DNA of 64,000 nt. It comes from Pseudomonadota bacterium (GTDB lineage: Bacteria > Campylobacterota > Campylobacteria > Campylobacterales > Sulfurimonadaceae). The position numbers and the translations under genes are program-made. The notes below the pieces were generated by a model. That model worked only from the letters and a program-made list of their open reading frames with translations, ran no database searches and was not told where the DNA came from. The stretch is from the NCBI GenBank assembly GCA_043797085.1, contig JAZDQA010000001.1:64001-128000 (forward strand), in the 5' to 3' direction. Positions 11,149-21,866 of the stretch are shown piece after piece; position 1 is the first letter of the stretch; every line of letters begins with the position of its first letter.

Positions 11149-11159
11149 TGGAGGTCGGG

Positions 11160-13403
11160 ATGATTAATTTTACAATAAACAACCAACCTGTAACGGCGCT
11201 CAAGGGGGAAACCATTCTCCAAGCGGCACGCAAAGCAGGGTTTTATATCCCAACCATGTGTTATTTGGAAAAAACGACACCGTGTGCCTCATGCCGTTTA
11301 TGTGTGGTTGAAACGGATAAAACGGATGGATTGATTTTAAGCTGTCAAACTCCTCCGACACAAGGGCTTGCCGTGACCATCGATTCTGCAAGGTTGCAAG
11401 CAGAGCGGACGAATATTATGCGAATGTACGATGTCAATCACCCATTAGAATGCGGTGTGTGCGACAAATCAGGTGCGTGCGATCTTCAAAACAAGACATT
11501 GGAATTTGGGATATCAAGCCAACATTTCAGTGCAAAAGAACAAAATCGAAAGATTGAACATTGGGGACTGATTAATTACGATCCTTCTTTATGTATTTTG
11601 TGTGAAAAATGCGTACACGTTTGTAATGAAATTATCGGAGATGATGCTATAACTCTTCAGTTTGGCGGATACAAATCAGCTGTTATTCCTAAAAATAGTG
11701 ATGTCCTTGATTGTACTTTCTGTGGCGAGTGTATTGCCGTGTGCCCTGTGGGTGCATTGGTGAGTTCGAAATTTCAGTACAGCGCTAATGCATGGGAATT
11801 GACACAAATTCCTGCTACGTGTGCTCATTGTTCTGCCGGATGTTCACTGACGTATGAAGTGCGTCATACCTCGAATTCTCTTGGAGCAAAGCCGAAAATT
11901 TATCGTGTTACGAATAATTTTGAAGTAGCGACTCTCTGCGGTGCGGGACGTTTTGGATTTGATTTTGACATTCAAGCAGCTAAAGATGAAGTATTATTCG
12001 AAAAAGCGGTTTTGGCATTTCAAAACGCGAAAGCAATCCGATTTAGCTCACTGATTACGAATGAAGAGGCATTGATTTTACAGCGTCTCAAAGAAAAACT
12101 GGGTGTTAAACTCTTTAATGAAGAGGTCAGAGCCTATCAATCCTTTATGAAGGCATACAGCTCAATAAGCGGAAAAAGTGCCTTTAGCGGTTCACTTGAC
12201 GCTATTACACAAAGTGATGCGATTATCGTAATGGGCGGACGTGTGAGTACGGATAATCCTGCCGTTCGTTACGCAATGACCACTGCCGCACGTCATAATG
12301 GAGCAAAAATTGTTTACATGCATCCACTCGAAGATGCCCTTTTACAAAATGTTGTAACGCAGAATATTCGCTATGAAGCTGGTTCTGAAGAGGGTGTTAT
12401 TGCAATGCTCGCACAAACTCTTTTAGAAGGGTGCGATGTAGACGATGCAATAAAAGCCTTTTTGGAAAGTTTGGATGAGGGTTATTTATGCGCTGAATCC
12501 AATGTTGGGGATGAAGAGTTCGCTCAAATTTCAAAATTATTACGACGTGCAAAGTGTAAAACGCTCATTGTCGGTTCGGATGTTTTGAGTCATAATCGCG
12601 CAAGTAACATAGCACGTTTGTGTGCTTTAATTGAAACACATACCGATTTTTCACTCATCATTCTTCCTCTTACTGTCAATACGGTGGGGGTATCCCTTAT
12701 TTGTGATTTGGATAAAGATGAAAAAATGGATAATGTTGTCGGGTATAATTCACAGGGAGATTTCGTTATCGGTTCCATGGGTGAATATACTTTAGCAATG
12801 CCAGCATTAAATAGTCAAGAAGGGACGTTCGTCAGTCTAAACTATCAACTTTTGGCGACGAATGTTGCGGTTGCTTTTGAGGGATATTGTCTGAACGATA
12901 TTGCGCAAGCTTTAGGACTAAAAGCACTGAATACCATTGATTATACGGCACAATTACCAGTAGAAAAAGGGTTTAAAGCGGTAGAATTTGATTTGTTAGG
13001 TAACTTTTATGGAGCACTGGGTGAAGATTATCGCGGATACCAATTGGAGACGATGGATGTTGCCGTAGAGGGTGCGTTGGAAGCCATTGATGATTTGCCG
13101 GAGTTTAACGGAACCGTTATTTATCAGTGCAATCCCGTCAATCAATTCAATGCATATACCGCACGAACATCTCAGCTGGAAGCGGATACATCCCTTCGCG
13201 GTTCAGTGCAGTTTGCTACTGCAGCTCGTATTAGCGATGGAGAGAGTGTCACTATAGAGGGACGTGAGGGAGTTCGAGTGTTTGTCGTTGATGAAACACT
13301 CAAAGGAACCATTGCGCTTTTGCCTACTTATGACACTGCCTTTGGCGGAGTGCATGAGGGTTACCGATTTGACAAAATTAAACTTAAAAGGATGGGGAGT
13401 TAA
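11160..13403 (+). CDS. NuoG-like Fe-S protein, copy 1 (SfrA-like)
   Basis: IPTMC..C..CRLC..C 2Fe-2S, HPLECGVCD, CILCEKC/CTFCGEC..VCP, CAHCSAGC; start at 11160 after GGAGG. Confidence 0.88.
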   Translation: MINFTINNQPVTALKGETILQAARKAGFYIPTMCYLEKTTPCASCRLCVVETDKTDGLILSCQTPPTQGLAVTIDSARLQAERTNIMRMYDVNHPLECGVCDKSGACDLQNKTLEFGISSQHFSAKEQNRKIEHWGLINYDPSLCILCEKCVHVCNEIIGDDAITLQFGGYKSAVIPKNSDVLDCTFCGECIAVCPVGALVSSKFQYSANAWELTQIPATCAHCSAGCSLTYEVRHTSNSLGAKPKIYRVTNNFEVATLCGAGRFGFDFDIQAAKDEVLFEKAVLAFQNAKAIRFSSLITNEEALILQRLKEKLGVKLFNEEVRAYQSFMKAYSSISGKSAFSGSLDAITQSDAIIVMGGRVSTDNPAVRYAMTTAARHNGAKIVYMHPLEDALLQNVVTQNIRYEAGSEEGVIAMLAQTLLEGCDVDDAIKAFLESLDEGYLCAESNVGDEEFAQISKLLRRAKCKTLIVGSDVLSHNRASNIARLCALIETHTDFSLIILPLTVNTVGVSLICDLDKDEKMDNVVGYNSQGDFVIGSMGEYTLAMPALNSQEGTFVSLNYQLLATNVAVAFEGYCLNDIAQALGLKALNTIDYTAQLPVEKGFKAVEFDLLGNFYGALGEDYRGYQLETMDVAVEGALEAIDDLPEFNGTVIYQCNPVNQFNAYTARTSQLEADTSLRGSVQFATAARISDGESVTIEGREGVRVFVVDETLKGTIALLPTYDTAFGGVHEGYRFDKIKLKRMGS

Positions 13404-13406
13404 ATC

Positions 13407-15893
13407 ATGAATGAAATAACGATAACCATAGACGGCAAAGAGGTACGGACGCAAGAGGGTGAATACATTCTCAATGCGGCGCGTGCCAATGGGATATTTA
13501 TCCCTGCCATTTGTTATCTAACACGCTGTTCACCAACCTTGGCATGTCGTATTTGTTTGGTAGAAGCGGATGGAAAACAAGTTTATGCGTGTAATGCAAA
13601 AGCTAAGATGGGAATGGACATCAACACAAAAACTCCCGTTATTGAAGAAGAAAAACGTGCCATAATGGAAGTGTATGATGTCAATCATCCTTTAGAATGT
13701 GGCGTATGTGATCAATCGGGGGAGTGTGAGCTTCAAAACTACACACTAGAAATCGGGGTCGATTCACAAAGCTATTCGATCAAAGACACCCATAAGCCGG
13801 CACAAGATTGGGGTCTTATCCATTACGATCCTGCCTTGTGTATCATGTGTGAACGTTGTATTACTGTCTGCAAAGATATGATTGGTGATGCGGCACTTTC
13901 TACTGTTGCACGTGGTGGTGAACCTCTTGATGCGGCGTTCAAAGAGTCAATGCCAAAAGATGCTTATGCAATGTGGAACAAACTCAACAAATCGTTGATC
14001 GCTCCAAACGGAGGCGATACGCTTGATTGTACCGACTGTGGTGAGTGTACGTCAGTTTGTCCCGTAGGAGCATTGGTCAGCAGTGATTATCAGTACAGCT
14101 CGAATGCATGGGAACACCAGCAAATTCCGGCAACGTGTGCCCATTGTTCGGCAGGTTGTCAGCTTAGCTACGACATTAAACACACCGATATTGCAAATCC
14201 TGAGGCTAAAATCTACCGTGTCAAAAATGAGTGGAACTATGTCTCTCTTTGCGGCGCAGGACGTTATGGCTACGATTTCCAAAATTCCAATGTCACTAAA
14301 AATCCAGTTGCCTTTGATGCAGCAATCGAAGCATTAAAAAAAGCGGATACCATCGCCTTTACTTCAACGATTACGAATGAAGAGGCGATGATCTTACAAC
14401 GTCTTAAAGAGAAACTTGGGCTTAAGCTCATCAACAACGAAGCACGAGTGTTTAAAAATTTCCTCGACAGTTACAGCGCTGTCAGCGGGCAATCACTTTA
14501 CAGCGGTAATCTCAAAGAAGTTCATGAATCTGATTTTGTTGTTTCCATTGGGACGGCATTGAAGACTGATAATCCTAATGCCCGTTTTGCTATGAACAAT
14601 GCATTATCGATGAATAAAGGCGCTGGATTGTATTTTCATCCGATAAATGATCCGGTTATCGAAGATATGTCAAAAAATCTAACGCAGTTTAACCATGCTC
14701 CAATGATGGAAGAAGCAGCGTTATATTTGATGCTCGACCTTTTTGGCGATAAAACAGCAATGCCTTCAAGCACTGTCGATTATCTCAAAAGTTTTCATTC
14801 TCTTAAAACGGTGACGGTCGAAGAGACGGTCGATGAAAAAGTGACTGAAACGGTCATTAAAAAAGTTCTTAATGAAGAAACAGGCGTTGAAGAAGAAGTA
14901 AGTGAAGAAGTAACGAAAATAGTGAAGAAAAAAGTTTCAAAAGAGATAGAAGTGGATGATAATCGGCTTTTAGCTCTTTTAAATGCACCCGCTGGATTTG
15001 CTGAAACACTGACGAAATATTTAGCGAAAAAAGAGAAATTTTCACTCATGGTCGGACCAGATTTGTATACCCATCCGAATTCAGACAATTGTGCGAGACT
15101 TGTTGCTTTAATTGAAAAATATACAGCGTTCAATGTAACCATGATACCCAATCTTGCTAATACACTAGGGGTTGCACTAATTTGTGACCTTGATGAGAAG
15201 GCTGGTGAATACACAATTGGTTATAATACAGCAGGAGATTTTACGTTAAGTGCATTAGGAAATGGTGATTTGGATATGCCATCACTTAATCAGCAAGAAG
15301 GGACATTGACGAGCATTGATAAGCGCGTTAACCCAACCAATGTGGCACTTCCTTTTGGCGGCTATACCCTAAACAATGTTGCTTCTGCTCTTGGAGTATC
15401 TGCGGCATTGAGTATTGATTATACTGTGCAACTTCCTGTTAGTGCAGGATTTAAAGCGGTAGAATTTGATACGCTGCCAAATCATTACACCAATGCAGGC
15501 GAAGAAGTACGCGGATACGTCCTTGATACTTTAAAAGTACCTTGTGGCAAAGATGAAAATGTTCAAGCTTTCGATGAAAAAGATGCTATGACAACATCTA
15601 TTGTTTATCTCGCCAATCCGGTGTTGCAGTTTACGCCGTTTACTGCACGCGCGCATCAGTTGAATGAAGAGGGCGGTTTGTACGCATCCAGTGAGTTTAT
15701 GAGCAGTAATGGTTTGAACTTAGGTGATAACGTGCGGGTCAAGACTCCTAAGGGTGAGATCGTGGTTTCTGTCATTAATGATTCAAAAATCAACGGAGAT
15801 ATAACGTATCTTCCGACGTTTGACTCAAAAATTAACTCACAAGCATTGTTTGGCGATTATCGCTTTAGCAATGTAACGATTGAAAAGGTGTAG
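13407..15893 (+). CDS. nuoG: Complex I subunit G, epsilon type (copy 2)
   Basis: Same Fe-S motif set as copy 1 plus an insert (KESMPKDAYAMW) of the kind recalled in Campylobacter NuoG; directly precedes nuoH. Confidence 0.92.
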   Translation: MNEITITIDGKEVRTQEGEYILNAARANGIFIPAICYLTRCSPTLACRICLVEADGKQVYACNAKAKMGMDINTKTPVIEEEKRAIMEVYDVNHPLECGVCDQSGECELQNYTLEIGVDSQSYSIKDTHKPAQDWGLIHYDPALCIMCERCITVCKDMIGDAALSTVARGGEPLDAAFKESMPKDAYAMWNKLNKSLIAPNGGDTLDCTDCGECTSVCPVGALVSSDYQYSSNAWEHQQIPATCAHCSAGCQLSYDIKHTDIANPEAKIYRVKNEWNYVSLCGAGRYGYDFQNSNVTKNPVAFDAAIEALKKADTIAFTSTITNEEAMILQRLKEKLGLKLINNEARVFKNFLDSYSAVSGQSLYSGNLKEVHESDFVVSIGTALKTDNPNARFAMNNALSMNKGAGLYFHPINDPVIEDMSKNLTQFNHAPMMEEAALYLMLDLFGDKTAMPSSTVDYLKSFHSLKTVTVEETVDEKVTETVIKKVLNEETGVEEEVSEEVTKIVKKKVSKEIEVDDNRLLALLNAPAGFAETLTKYLAKKEKFSLMVGPDLYTHPNSDNCARLVALIEKYTAFNVTMIPNLANTLGVALICDLDEKAGEYTIGYNTAGDFTLSALGNGDLDMPSLNQQEGTLTSIDKRVNPTNVALPFGGYTLNNVASALGVSAALSIDYTVQLPVSAGFKAVEFDTLPNHYTNAGEEVRGYVLDTLKVPCGKDENVQAFDEKDAMTTSIVYLANPVLQFTPFTARAHQLNEEGGLYASSEFMSSNGLNLGDNVRVKTPKGEIVVSVINDSKINGDITYLPTFDSKINSQALFGDYRFSNVTIEKV

Positions 15894-15896
15894 CAG

Positions 15897-16886
15897 ATGG
15901 ATATGGCATTTATCATCGAAACGATTGTTAAAATCGTCGTCATTTTATTAGTGTTCTCGGCTCTTGCCGGGTTAGGTACCTATTTTGAGCGTAAAGTATT
16001 GGCATTCATGCAACGCCGTCTTGGACCGATGCACGTTGGACCTTTTGGATTGCTCCAAGTAGCTGCCGATGGGATAAAGCTTTTTACTAAAGAAGATATC
16101 ATTCCTCAAAACGTAGTGAAACCTATCTTTAAAATTGCCCCTGTCATTACGGCAGCAACAGCTTTTATGGCGGCAGCAGCTATCCCGTTTTGGCCTCAAT
16201 TTACCGTATTTGGTTATACGGTTCATCCTATTGTTGCAGATGTCAATATTGGTATTTTGTACGTACTGGCTGTGATGGCAATTGGTCTTTACGGTCCATT
16301 GCTAGGGGGTATGGCGTCGGCAAATAAGTTTTCATTGATCTCTGCTGCACGAAGTGCTGCCGTATTTATTTCCTACGAAGTGATTAGCGGACTTTCGTTG
16401 CTTGCACCTCTTATGATGGTAGGATCATTGTCTCTCATCGACATTAATAACTACCAAGCAGGCGGAATTGGTAACTGGATCGTTTGGTCACAGCCGGTTG
16501 CGTTTATCCTTTTTTGGATTGCGGCATTTGCTGAAACGGGGCGTACTCCGTTTCACTTGGTTGCCAATGACCACGAGATCATTGACGGATTCGGAACGGA
16601 ATACTCGGGTATGAGATGGGGTCTTTTCTTTATCGGTGAATACGCGAACATGTTCTTTATTTCGTTTGTTATCGCCATCATTTTCTTGGGTGGTTTTGGT
16701 GATGGGACGATTGCCGGAGCATTTCAATTGCTTCTAAAAGTCGCATTTTTCTTTTTCTTTTTCCTCTGGACACGCGCTGCATGGCCAGATGTACGACCGG
16801 ATCAGTTGATGTGGTTATGCTGGAAAGTGTTAATGCCAATAGCTGTGGTCAATGTCGTGATCACCGGCTTTGTGATGATGTTTTAA
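15897..16886 (+). CDS. nuoH: Complex I subunit H
   Basis: ERKVLAFMQRRLGP, ADGIKLFTKE, multiple TM helices. Confidence 0.97.
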   Translation: MDMAFIIETIVKIVVILLVFSALAGLGTYFERKVLAFMQRRLGPMHVGPFGLLQVAADGIKLFTKEDIIPQNVVKPIFKIAPVITAATAFMAAAAIPFWPQFTVFGYTVHPIVADVNIGILYVLAVMAIGLYGPLLGGMASANKFSLISAARSAAVFISYEVISGLSLLAPLMMVGSLSLIDINNYQAGGIGNWIVWSQPVAFILFWIAAFAETGRTPFHLVANDHEIIDGFGTEYSGMRWGLFFIGEYANMFFISFVIAIIFLGGFGDGTIAGAFQLLLKVAFFFFFFLWTRAAWPDVRPDQLMWLCWKVLMPIAVVNVVITGFVMMF

Positions 16887-16896
16887 GGAGGGATGG

Positions 16897-17511
16897 ATGC
16901 ATAGTGAACCATTGAACGATCGTAATGTAAGTGAGCATAGCGCTTACTATTACGTCGATATTGAAGAGTATCCAACCACTGGATGGGATAAGTTTAAACA
17001 AGTAGTCAAACGTACCTTTAGAGGTGAATTGTTTGTCGGTTTATGGGTCGTCATGCGTGAGATGATTAAATTTGACATTCATACCGTCAAATATCCACTG
17101 GAAAAGCTTCCAATCGGACCTCGTTATCGTGCAGTACACAAACTATTGCGTTTGTGGGAATCAGGATATGAGCGTTGTATCGGATGCGGATTGTGTGAAA
17201 AAATCTGTATCTCCGATTGTATCCGTATGGACACAAAAATCGATGAAAACAGCCGTAAAGAAGTGACAGAATACAGTATCAATCTCGGTCGTTGTATTTT
17301 CTGCGGTTATTGTGCGGAAGTGTGTCCTGAACTTGCCATCGTTCACGGACAACGTTATGAGAACGGTTCTGAACAGCGTGCTCACTTTGTGATCAAAGAC
17401 GATATGCTCACTCCGCTTGATTTCCTGACATCAGGTCAGCAAGCCGAGTATCCAGGTTTTGGTTCCATCACCCCTAACGAGAGCGTTACCAAAACGCCTC
17501 TTGCGTATTAA
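16897..17511 (+). CDS. nuoI: Complex I subunit I
   Basis: CIGCGLCEKIC and CIFCGYCAEVCP. Confidence 0.97.
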   Translation: MHSEPLNDRNVSEHSAYYYVDIEEYPTTGWDKFKQVVKRTFRGELFVGLWVVMREMIKFDIHTVKYPLEKLPIGPRYRAVHKLLRLWESGYERCIGCGLCEKICISDCIRMDTKIDENSRKEVTEYSINLGRCIFCGYCAEVCPELAIVHGQRYENGSEQRAHFVIKDDMLTPLDFLTSGQQAEYPGFGSITPNESVTKTPLAY

Positions 17512-17520
17512 GGAGAATAA

Positions 17521-18108
17521 ATGTTTGAAGCAATCGCTTTTTATCTGTTTGCGGCGCTTACCATTGTGATGTTTACCATTACCGTGATGACCTCTCAGGC
17601 ATTGTATGCCCTGACTGCAATGGCAGCAGGGATGATTTTCATTTCAGCCTTTTTCTTTATTTTGGGTGCTGACTTTTTAGGCGCAATTCAAATTATTGTT
17701 TACACCGGTGCGGTGATGGCATTGTATGCATTTGGTATGATGTTTTTCGATACGACACGAAATGTGATCGAAAAACGTTCCAATCCGCGTTTTGTAGTCG
17801 TTCTTGGCGGACTTGCAGCTGTTTTGGTTGTTTTTATCGTCCTTGCCCCTATTGTTACGACGAATTTAAATGCCAATTATCCGATTGATTTGGCGGTAGG
17901 AAACTCACAAGCTATCGGTATGGTACTGTTTACAAAATATTTAGTCCCTTTTGAACTGGCAGCGGTTATGTTGCTGGTTGCGATGATTGCAGGTATTGTT
18001 TTGGCCGGTAAAAAGATGGATAAATCATTGACACTTATGGCAGAAGAAGACATTGCATTGATGCATGCATCATCAGCCGCTGAAATCACACAAGAAGAGG
18101 CGCACTAA
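17521..18108 (+). CDS. nuoJ: Complex I subunit J
   Basis: QIIVYTGAV, PFELAAVMLL; operon position. Confidence 0.95.
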   Translation: MFEAIAFYLFAALTIVMFTITVMTSQALYALTAMAAGMIFISAFFFILGADFLGAIQIIVYTGAVMALYAFGMMFFDTTRNVIEKRSNPRFVVVLGGLAAVLVVFIVLAPIVTTNLNANYPIDLAVGNSQAIGMVLFTKYLVPFELAAVMLLVAMIAGIVLAGKKMDKSLTLMAEEDIALMHASSAAEITQEEAH

Positions 18109-18413
18109 TGGAAATTACATTAACGCACTATTTAGTGCTATCAACCGTATTATTTGCTATTGGTTTGATTGGGGTTATGCGCCGTAAGAATTTGTTAATG
18201 CTTTTTTTTGCAACGGAAATTTTGTTGAACGCTGTCAATATCGGCATGGCAGCAATTTCTCACTATCGCGGAGATTATACAGGACAGATGTTTGCATTTT
18301 TTATTATTGCAATCGCGGCGTCCGAAGTAGCTGTAGGTCTGGGTCTTCTTATTGTATGGTACAAACGTACCGGTAAGATTGATCTTGATCAAATGACATC
18401 GATGAGAGGATAG
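18108..18413 (+). CDS. nuoK: Complex I subunit K
   Basis: RRKNLL, EILLNA, AASEVAVGL; 101 aa. Confidence 0.96.
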   Translation: MEITLTHYLVLSTVLFAIGLIGVMRRKNLLMLFFATEILLNAVNIGMAAISHYRGDYTGQMFAFFIIAIAASEVAVGLGLLIVWYKRTGKIDLDQMTSMRG

Positions 18414-18418
18414 GACAG

Positions 18419-20308
18419 ATGGAAGTTTATTTATACATTGCATTGTTTGCTCCGTTGGTGGGTTCACTCTTTGCGGGATTGTTTGGTGCATATCCAAAAA
18501 TGCTCTTTACGGGGGTAATAGCTTCAGGATTGCTTTTTGCATCTTTTGTAAGCAGTGCCATTTTGCTCAATTATGTTCTAGCCGGACACACCGTACATGT
18601 TGAAATGATGACATGGATCGCGGCTGGAGACCTTTATATTCCTTTTGGTTTTGTGGTTGACCAAGTGAGTGTGACGATGATGATGGTTGTCTCTGTCGTC
18701 TCTACTGTTGTTCACGTCTACTCTATTGGTTATATGGCGCACGACAAAGGGTTTAACCGTTTCTTCTCGTACCTATCGGCTTTCGTTTTCTCGATGATGG
18801 TTTTGGTTATGAGTGATAATTTTTTAGGTCTCTTTATCGGATGGGAAGGTGTGGGCTTGTGTTCATGGCTTCTTATTGGTTTTTGGTATCATAAAGAATC
18901 TGCTACATGGGCAGCAAATGAAGCCTTTATTATGAACCGCATTGCCGACTTGGCGATGTTGATCGGTATCTTTATGATGTACTGGAATCTGGGTTCTCTT
19001 CAATACGATGTTGTTTTCGCTAACATTGGAAATCTTCCGATGCACGTCATCACATGGATTGGTATTTTCCTCTTTATCGGTGCGATGGGTAAATCGGCAC
19101 AATTTCCGCTCCATACATGGCTTGCGGATGCGATGGAAGGTCCTACTCCTGTCTCGGCACTGATTCACGCTGCAACCATGGTTACAGCCGGTGTCTATCT
19201 TGTTGTCCGTGCAAACCCTATCTACAGTGAAATTCCTGATGTAGGAATCGCGATTGCATCACTGGGAGCATTTGTTGCAATGTTTGCAGCAACCATGGCA
19301 TTAGTCAATCGCGATATGAAGCGTATCATTGCGTATTCGACTCTTTCACAGCTTGGCTATATGTTTGTAGCAGCTGGTTTGGGAGCGTATTGGGTAGCAT
19401 TGTTTCACCTTATGGCACACGCATTTTTCAAAGCATTATTATTCTTGGGAGCAGGTAATGTTATGCACGCAATGCACGATGAACTTGATCCGTTTAAGAT
19501 GGGTGGTTTGAAAAAATCAATGAAAGGCACATGGATATTCATGACACTTGCTTCCGTTGCACTTGCGGGTATTTATCCTCTTGCCGGATTCTTTTCGAAA
19601 GATTTGATTTTGGAAGTTGCATTTGTTGAACAGCATTATATTCTTTACACCGTATTATTACTGACAGCTGGATTGACCGCATTTTACTCATTCCGTCTTG
19701 TTGCATTGATTTTCCATGGTAATGAGAGACATTTAGAACACGGTATTCATCCACATGAAGCGTATAGCTTTATGTTGTATGCCATGGCTCCGTTGGCTGT
19801 TTTGGCAGTTATCGCCGGTATGGTATTTAAAACCCCATATTATTTGATGGTAACGAATCTTTTGCCATCTATGACGTATCATATCCATAATCACACGACA
19901 TTTTGGATTATGACAATCGGTACTCAATTGTTTGTGATTGCAGCAATTACGTATGCATACAAAAAATACGCAAAAGCCGTTAAAGTGGATAAAAAAGTGG
20001 AATCAGGGCTGTTGTATCAGTTGCTTTACAATCAATACTACATCCCTAAAATTTACGATGAAGTCTTTTCAAAACCGTATTTGAAGCTCTCTAAACTTGC
20101 ATGGAAAGAGATTGACTTAAAAATCGTTGATGCAACGGTAGACGGAATTGCAAATGTAATTTACCGTACGGGCGAAAAGACACACACAATGCAAAACGGC
20201 AATCTTTCCAGTATGTTACGCTGGATGGTTATTGGTTTAGTGGTTTTATTGGTACTTGCTGTGGCGTTTACTGCGGGTTATAACGCAGTCAACCTGCAGG
20301 CAATGTAA
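18419..20308 (+). CDS. nuoL: Complex I subunit L
   Basis: GKSAQFPLHTWLADAMEGPTPVSALIHAATMV. Confidence 0.97.
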   Translation: MEVYLYIALFAPLVGSLFAGLFGAYPKMLFTGVIASGLLFASFVSSAILLNYVLAGHTVHVEMMTWIAAGDLYIPFGFVVDQVSVTMMMVVSVVSTVVHVYSIGYMAHDKGFNRFFSYLSAFVFSMMVLVMSDNFLGLFIGWEGVGLCSWLLIGFWYHKESATWAANEAFIMNRIADLAMLIGIFMMYWNLGSLQYDVVFANIGNLPMHVITWIGIFLFIGAMGKSAQFPLHTWLADAMEGPTPVSALIHAATMVTAGVYLVVRANPIYSEIPDVGIAIASLGAFVAMFAATMALVNRDMKRIIAYSTLSQLGYMFVAAGLGAYWVALFHLMAHAFFKALLFLGAGNVMHAMHDELDPFKMGGLKKSMKGTWIFMTLASVALAGIYPLAGFFSKDLILEVAFVEQHYILYTVLLLTAGLTAFYSFRLVALIFHGNERHLEHGIHPHEAYSFMLYAMAPLAVLAVIAGMVFKTPYYLMVTNLLPSMTYHIHNHTTFWIMTIGTQLFVIAAITYAYKKYAKAVKVDKKVESGLLYQLLYNQYYIPKIYDEVFSKPYLKLSKLAWKEIDLKIVDATVDGIANVIYRTGEKTHTMQNGNLSSMLRWMVIGLVVLLVLAVAFTAGYNAVNLQAM

Positions 20309-20318
20309 GGAGAATTTG

Positions 20319-21866
20319 ATGCAAGAACATATTTTATCGATTTTGATTTTTTTCCCGGCATTGGCAGCAATGTTTGGATTTGTGGTTCATAAGGACAGCG
20401 TTCGTGCCTACGGAATCACCGTAGCAGCAATCGAATTTTTCCTCTCATTGTGGTTGTGGAATTTGTATGACCCTATGACGTCGGGAATGCAATTTATGGA
20501 GATGGCACCTCTTGTGTCGGCATTTGGTATTAGTTATCTGGTTGGTGTTGATGGTATTTCACTCTTTATTATCATTTTATCGACGTTCTTTACCTTAATC
20601 GGTATCGCTTCTCTGACTGAGAAACGTCGCGTAAAAGATTTAATTATTACGTTGCTTTTTTTAGAGATGACGATGGTCGGGGTATTTGCGGCACTTGATG
20701 CGATTGTCTTTTATGTTTTTTGGGAATTGTCGCTTATACCAATGTTGTACATCATCGGTGCATGGGGCGGACCGCTTCGTATTTATGCGTCGATTAAATT
20801 TTTCCTTTACACTTTTACGGGATCATTAGTGATGCTTGTTGGTATGCTGTTTATGGCATATTTTTATTATCAAGCAACCGGTCAATGGAGTTTCTCACTT
20901 CTCGAATGGTATCGTTTGATTCTACCGGTTAATATACAACTATGGCTATTTGCTGCATTTTTCTTGGGCTTTGCGATTAAAGTCCCGATGTTTCCATTTC
21001 ACACATGGCTGCCGTATGCACACGGGCAGGCACCGACTATCGGTTCTGTAATTCTTGCGGCAATTTTGCTCAAAATGGGAACGTACGCATTTGTCCGTTT
21101 TTCACTCCCATTGTTTCCGGATGCATCGGTTGTCTTTATGTTCCCAATCGCGATACTTGCGATTATTATGATTGTCTATGCGGCGATGGTAGCATACGCC
21201 CAAGAGGATATTAAACAAGTTGTAGCGTATAGTTCTATATCGCACATGGGTGTTATTATTCTAGGGATTTTCGCACTCAATGTAGAGGGAATTACCGGTT
21301 CCGTCTTTTTAATGATTGCGCATGGGGTTGTATCGGGAGCATTGTTCTTGTTGGTCGGGGTTATTTATGATCGCCGCCATACAAAACTTATGTCTGAATT
21401 TGGAGGATTAGCGTCCGTCATGCCTCGCTATGCAACCATTTTTGGAATTATGATGATGGCATCGGTCGGTTTACCGCTTACCATCAACTTTGTGGGTGAA
21501 TTTTTGAGCTTGCTTGGTTTTTATAAACAGTCTCACTCGTATACGCTCGTAGCAGGTACCGCAATTATCGTAGGTGCTATTTATATGCTCAGTGCGTATA
21601 AGAAAGCATTTTTTGGAACCGTAACGAAAGAAGAGAATAAAAATCTCAAAGATGTCAATCGTACAGAATTACTCGGTCTTGTTCCGTTGGTTGTGGTTGC
21701 AATATGGCTGGGTGTGTACCCAAAACCGCTTCTTGAACCAATTAACAACAGTGTTGAATCGATTGTGCAATTGATGCATGATAAAGCACAAACAACGGAA
21801 GCTAAACAACGCATCCCTGATCTTGCCCATTCGGCAGGATTGAATTCAATGCAGGAGGCACACTAA
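20319..21866 (+). CDS. nuoM: Complex I subunit M
   Basis: [27 protein letters not shown]; start at ATG 20319 after AAGGAG. Confidence 0.96.
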   Translation: MQEHILSILIFFPALAAMFGFVVHKDSVRAYGITVAAIEFFLSLWLWNLYDPMTSGMQFMEMAPLVSAFGISYLVGVDGISLFIIILSTFFTLIGIASLTEKRRVKDLIITLLFLEMTMVGVFAALDAIVFYVFWELSLIPMLYIIGAWGGPLRIYASIKFFLYTFTGSLVMLVGMLFMAYFYYQATGQWSFSLLEWYRLILPVNIQLWLFAAFFLGFAIKVPMFPFHTWLPYAHGQAPTIGSVILAAILLKMGTYAFVRFSLPLFPDASVVFMFPIAILAIIMIVYAAMVAYAQEDIKQVVAYSSISHMGVIILGIFALNVEGITGSVFLMIAHGVVSGALFLLVGVIYDRRHTKLMSEFGGLASVMPRYATIFGIMMMASVGLPLTINFVGEFLSLLGFYKQSHSYTLVAGTAIIVGAIYMLSAYKKAFFGTVTKEENKNLKDVNRTELLGLVPLVVVAIWLGVYPKPLLEPINNSVESIVQLMHDKAQTTEAKQRIPDLAHSAGLNSMQEAH

